This document shows positions 7,685 to 11,287 of a DNA stretch of 11,287 bases, one piece after another. The DNA lies in the NCBI GenBank assembly GCA_013416795.1, contig RQSC01000154.1, positions 63,690 through 74,976 on the forward strand. Direction: 5' to 3'. Made by a program: the position numbers and the translations under genes. How positions within the stretch are numbered: position 1 is the stretch's first letter; the number at the start of each line of letters is the position of its first letter. Source of the DNA: Prasinococcaceae sp. CCMP 1430. Lineage: Eukaryota > Plantae > Prasinodermophyta. Below the pieces are notes generated by a model, which searched no databases, was not told where the DNA came from, and worked only from the letters and a program-made list of their open reading frames with translations.

Positions 7685-10009
7685 ATGCGATGTGATGAGC
7701 CTTCGGGCGCGGCAGATTCGTCGGTGTTTGGGGTTCGAGCGTGTGGTGCACAGCGCGCGCAAAAAGTGCGCGCGCGGCCGCGCGCGCGCGGCGGCCGCTG
7801 GCCGGCGGAGATAAGAAGACCTGTTACACTTGACTTTCGCGGCGGCGGCGGCGGCGGTGGCCAGCAGGCGGAGAATCCGGAGGCGCAGGTGCGAGCGCGC
7901 TGCGCGGAATGGGTGGGCGCGCGTGAGGGTAGGGAGGGCTCAGGCATTTCGCCGCGGGGCGAGCGGCGGGCCCCATGGCACGCGCGCGGGCGACCGCCGA
8001 TCGGCCGGCTGCGCTGTGTGCCTCTTCGCGCGGACGCCGCATGCGCGGCGCGCCGCCCCGTACCCCCACCCCCACCCCGCTTCCAACCCTCACCCCCNAC
8101 TCCCGCCGCCAACCCGAGCAGGGCCAGCCCGCCCAACGCGCGCCCTGTGCGCACGCACGTTGGAATGCGCAGCTCTACTTTTCCAGCGCTTCCAACTGAC
8201 TCGGCGGCTGCTCGGTGGCTGCGCGGACGCTCTGCGGGCCGCCTGCGGCTCGCACGGGAGCAGCGCGTGCTCCTCGAGGCGCTCTTCGAGCTCCTGAAGT
8301 CGAACGGTGGCTCGATGCGCGTGAACGACGCCTCGCAGGTGCTCTCGCGCGTCGTGGGCGCAGAGGCGTACCGCCAGGGCATCGCCGGGCGCGCGTCCTT
8401 CACGCGCTTCCTTCGCGGACACAAGGCGCTCCGCGTCGCCGACGAGACGGTCAGCCTCATGGGCGCCACCAACGGCGCGGGGGGCGCGCCGCCGCCCATG
8501 CCGGCGGCGGCGCTCGCCGGTCCGCCCGGCTACGAGCAGCCAATGATGGCACAGCCCATGGCCGCCGCGCCGCCCCCGGTGCCAGGCGCGGGCCTGGTCA
8601 CCTCGGGGGTGCGCTTTTCCGAGCTGACCAACGTGTCGCCGGGCACCCAGCGCGCCATCCGCGAGGTGCTGGGCTACGAGTTCATGACGCCCGTGCAGGC
8701 GCAGACTCTGCCGGTGTGCCTCGGCGGCGGCGACGTTATCGCCAAGGCCAAGACCGGCACGGGCAAGACGATGGGCTTCCTGCTGCCCTCCATCGAGCGC
8801 ATCGTGGCCGCGGGCAGCGCTCCCGGCCGTGCCATCCATGTGCTCGTGCTGTCGCCGACGCGCGAGCTCGCCAAGCAGATCGCAACCGAGTGCGACAAGC
8901 TCGTGAGGTTCCAGCACGGCATCACGACGCAGTGCGTGATGGGCGGCACCAACATGAAGAGCGAGGCGCGGCGCATGAACGAACGCCCGCCCACAGTTCT
9001 GGTGGCCACCCCCGGTCGCCTGCAGGACCACCTCGACAACACTCCCGTCTGTGGCGCCCTGCTCAGGGGCATCCACACGCTCGTCCTCGACGAGTGCGAC
9101 CAGCTGGTGGACATGGGCTTCTGGCCGTCCATCAGGCGCATCCTCGAATACCTGCCGCAGCCGCAGGCGCGCCAGACGTTGCTGTATTCCGCCACCATGG
9201 GACCGCAGGTCATCAAGGCCGCCAAGACGGCCATGCGCCCCGGCTACCAGGTGATCGACACCGTGGGCGAGGAGGCCAGCACCGCCGACACGGTCGACCA
9301 GAGCGCGATGGTGGTGCCGCTGGAGTGCATAAACGCCGCACTGGTACAGACGGTGATGGCCGCGCGCCAGGTGCCCAACCACAAGATCATCGCCTTCTTT
9401 ACCACCGCCAGGCAGACGCAGTGGGCCGCGGAGCTCTTCGCGGCCATGGGCGCGCCCGTGTACGAGATTCACAGCCGCAAGTCGCAGAGCGCCCGCGAGA
9501 AGACCTCCGCGCAGTTCCGCTCCGCAACCAACTGCGTGCTCTTCTCGAGCGACGTCTCCGCGCGCGGCATGGACTACCCCGACGTCACGCAGGTCATCCA
9601 GGTGGGCGCGCCCACCAACAAGGAGCAGTACACGCACCGCCTCGGCCGCGCGGGCCGCGCGGGCAAGTCCGGCCAGTGCATGCTGCTCGTCGCCGAGCAC
9701 GAACAGAGCTTCCTCCGCAGCCTGCAGGGGCTGCCCGTCAAGCACGTCCAGTACGCGCACGACCCGCAGGTGGCAGCCGCCGCCGACCAGGCGGCGCGCC
9801 GCGTCGATCCCAAGACGGGCGCGCAGGCGTACCAGGCGTGGCTGGGCTACTACAACGGTTGCAACAGCGCCAGGATGCCAAAGCCGCAGCTGGTGGCGAT
9901 GGCCAACGAGTGGGCGCGCATCATGGGCCTGCCGGGGCCGCCCAGGCTAGAGAAGAAGACCGTGGGGAAGATGGGCCTCAAGGGCGTGCCCGGCCTCAAC
10001 GTGGGCTGA
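7685..10009 (+). CDS. DEAD-box-family (DECD) RNA helicase, MSS116/Has1/plant RH25-26-31-48-like, with extra N-terminal winged-helix-like domain; confident exon 8264-10009, start uncertain
   Basis: Q motif (F...GYEFMTPVQ), AKTGTGKT, PTRELAKQ, GG, TPGRLQDHL, DECD (9089-9100), SAT, HSRKSQ..R, SDVSARGMDYPDV, HRLGRAGR. The C-terminal extension AYQAWLGYY...PP.LEKKTVGKMGLKGVPGL is typical of this subfamily. 7685 is the only in-frame upstream AUG. Confidence 0.9.
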   Translation: MRCDEPSGAADSSVFGVRACGAQRAQKVRARPRARGGRWPAEIRRPVTLDFRGGGGGGGQQAENPEAQVRARCAEWVGAREGREGSGISPRGERRAPWHARGRPPIGRLRCVPLRADAACAARRPVPPPPPRFQPSPXTPAANPSRASPPNARPVRTHVGMRSSTFPALPTDSAAARWLRGRSAGRLRLAREQRVLLEALFELLKSNGGSMRVNDASQVLSRVVGAEAYRQGIAGRASFTRFLRGHKALRVADETVSLMGATNGAGGAPPPMPAAALAGPPGYEQPMMAQPMAAAPPPVPGAGLVTSGVRFSELTNVSPGTQRAIREVLGYEFMTPVQAQTLPVCLGGGDVIAKAKTGTGKTMGFLLPSIERIVAAGSAPGRAIHVLVLSPTRELAKQIATECDKLVRFQHGITTQCVMGGTNMKSEARRMNERPPTVLVATPGRLQDHLDNTPVCGALLRGIHTLVLDECDQLVDMGFWPSIRRILEYLPQPQARQTLLYSATMGPQVIKAAKTAMRPGYQVIDTVGEEASTADTVDQSAMVVPLECINAALVQTVMAARQVPNHKIIAFFTTARQTQWAAELFAAMGAPVYEIHSRKSQSAREKTSAQFRSATNCVLFSSDVSARGMDYPDVTQVIQVGAPTNKEQYTHRLGRAGRAGKSGQCMLLVAEHEQSFLRSLQGLPVKHVQYAHDPQVAAAADQAARRVDPKTGAQAYQAWLGYYNGCNSARMPKPQLVAMANEWARIMGLPGPPRLEKKTVGKMGLKGVPGLNVG
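7889..8263 (+). other. Probable intron near the 5' end of the helicase (375 nt, phase 0)
   Basis: CAG|GTGCGA donor, ACTGAC branch 8195-8200, GAGCAG| tandem acceptor. Has a C-rich tract like the pepD intron, and codon-like sequence resumes exactly at 8264. Confidence 0.65.
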
Positions 10010-10223
10010 GGCGAAGGACGCGCGCGCTTAGCAAATCAACTTAGCAGTGCACGGCGCAGCACGGTGCACATGCCCGATCTATTTTTTTAATAAGAATGAT
10101 GGCACACCCGCTGTGGCCGGCGCGCGAGGCGCGCGCCGCGCGACACAGAACCCCGGCAGGCGCGGGCCGGGCGCGCACACGCGCCCGCGCGAACGCACGG
10201 GTGTCGTGGGATCTACGTACAAT

Positions 10224-10228
10224 TTACA
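10224..10228 (-). terminator. Candidate green-algal polyadenylation signal TGTAA
   Basis: TGTAA on the minus strand ~25 nt after the TMEM218-like stop; UGUAA is the established Chlamydomonas-type signal. Confidence 0.4.
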
Positions 10229-10252
10229 GTGGGAGTTTGTCGGCCGCGCCCG

Positions 10253-11129
10253 TCACCGCACGACGGCCGCCTCGGCGTACGTCGGCGGCAGCCTCTTGGC
10301 ATGAATGGGCTTGGCAACGTGCTGGCTCAGCACGCCGAGGAGCCCGCCGAGCGCCGCCGCGGCCATGAGCGTCGCCTGGATGGCGCGCCACACCACGCGG
10401 TAGTCCGTGCCTGCGTCGAACTCGTCCCTGGCGACGCCCCCCTCGCGCGCCGCCTGCCGCGCGCGCCGCGACAGAGCGCGTCGCGCGGTACGCGTCGCGC
10501 GTCAGCGCGCGCATCTTGACCGGCATGGCCGCGCTAGCATGCGGCGCATCATAGGTTCACACACAACAACGATGCCTTCGCTCGTAGCCCACCCCCTCCG
10601 AGTCACCGGCGCGCCCGGTCACCAGCAAGCGCACCACGCAACCAACGAGGCCACCGCCACACGGGCACGCGGGCGCGGGCGCACGCGGGCGCACGACGCG
10701 GAGGCGAGGAGGCGCACTCCGCCACCGCGCGGGCTGGTCATGCCAGCGCGCGCGCCCGCGCGCGAGCGCGGGAGATCACGCGTTCGGTCGGCGGGGCGCG
10801 GCGATGCCGGGACGCACCTGGATGACCACGACGAAGGCGATTGCGAAGACGGCCATCGACGCCGATGTGATGACCCCCGAGCGCGTCGTGCGCGTTCCAA
10901 GCAGGCACGCGAGCGCGCACATCGCGGCGATGACAGCGAGCGCGATGATGCCCGATCCCACGCCGAAGGGCGTGTCGGCGCTCGTCGTCTCCGCGGCCGC
11001 GGCCGCGCCGTCCTGCCGCAGCGCGCGCGCGGCCGCACGCGGCCGCGTTCCCCCGCCGCGCGCGCGCGCGTTCAAAAAATTCCGCCGCGGGCGCGGGCCG
11101 CGCGCGCGCGCCTTCGAATTGATGTACAT
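10253..11129 (-). CDS. TMEM218: TMEM218-like three-TM ciliary transition-zone protein; exons (11129 or ~11012)-10818 and 10453-10253
   Basis: Spliced product ...DTPFGVGSGIIALAVIAAMCALACLLGTRTTRSGVITSASMAVFAIAFVVVIQ|AAREGGVARDEFDAGTDYRVVWRAIQATLMAAAALGGLLGVLSQHVAKPIHAKRLPPTYAEAAVVR*. It matches the TMEM218 pattern as I recall it: N-terminal GVGxG..LA.....L.C.L..R, three hydrophobic segments, D...R before TM3, C-terminal LGGL..VL...V..PI.AK.L. Start codon unresolved. Confidence 0.78.
10454..10817 (-). other. Intron in the TMEM218-like gene (364 nt, phase 0)
   Basis: CAG|GTGCGT donor at 10817, GCTGAC branch at 10506-10501, GGCAG| acceptor at 10454; the in-frame join yields a coherent protein. 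Confidence 0.85.
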
Positions 11130-11287
11130 AATAAACCCTCTTTTGGGGGCGCGCACCACATCGCTCTCATTTCGTCTGTCGTTTGAGGCGTGGGTTGCGG
11201 TTGTACCCAATATCTCTTTTTTTTCGGCTGCCGGCGGCGCTGACGGGGCGCGCGCGCGGCGCGCGCCACACGGGCGGGCGAGCGCGC

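Noticed and set aside
7692-7712. Hammerhead-ribozyme-like xUGAUGA + GCC-UUCG-GGC stem II
   Set aside because: The core needs CUGAUGA and GAAA after stem II; here it is GUGAUGA and GCGG.
7618-7760. U3, H/ACA snoRNA, SRP, RNase P/MRP or SECIS identity for the structured segment
   Set aside because: Diagnostic boxes are absent or in the wrong order: no box A, no ANANNA hinge, no SRP helix-8 motif, no P4 conserved regions.
8090-10044. Long antisense and alternate-frame ORFs (8090-9760 -, 8215-10044 +; likewise 2136-3899 -, 10407-11186 +)
   Set aside because: Arg/Ala/Gly-rich shadows expected from extreme GC and codon bias; no motifs.
10500-10590. Intronic snoRNA in the TMEM218-like intron
   Set aside because: Only an imperfect ATGATG and a CTGA that is the branch site itself; too short, weak stem.
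11239-11244. GCTGAC on + as the branch site of a next, divergent gene
   Set aside because: No acceptor or exon is visible before the window ends, so it cannot be supported.

Overview
Very GC-rich, gene-dense EUKARYOTIC genomic DNA with one 326-nt N gap (2304-2629). It is most consistent with a green alga: APC6 and the helicase are plant-like, and the introns are short GT...RCTGAC...CAG spliceosomal introns. Most ORFs in the six-frame track are GC-driven shadow ORFs. Reading splice sites by hand gives six genes: (1) 3' part of a low-complexity hypothetical gene (+, to 1112); (2) a convergent BSD-like + PH-fold-like protein (-, 5' end in the gap); (3) a bacterial-type PepD/M20C dipeptidase with one intron (+); (4) a 4-exon APC6/CDC16 (+); (5) an MSS116/plant RH25-26-31-like helicase with a DECD motif II and an extra N-terminal winged-helix/LOTUS-like domain (+); (6) a spliced TMEM218-like ciliary transition-zone membrane protein that the ORF track does not show intact (-). 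Non-coding signals: a recurring, helically phased CCCGGTC..GACCGGG element in two intergenic regions, and a telo-box-rich segment that can fold as a 3-way junction with a cUUCGg tetraloop over the helicase's only upstream AUG. No CRISPR, mobile element, tRNA or rRNA was seen. All homology calls are from recalled motifs, not searches.
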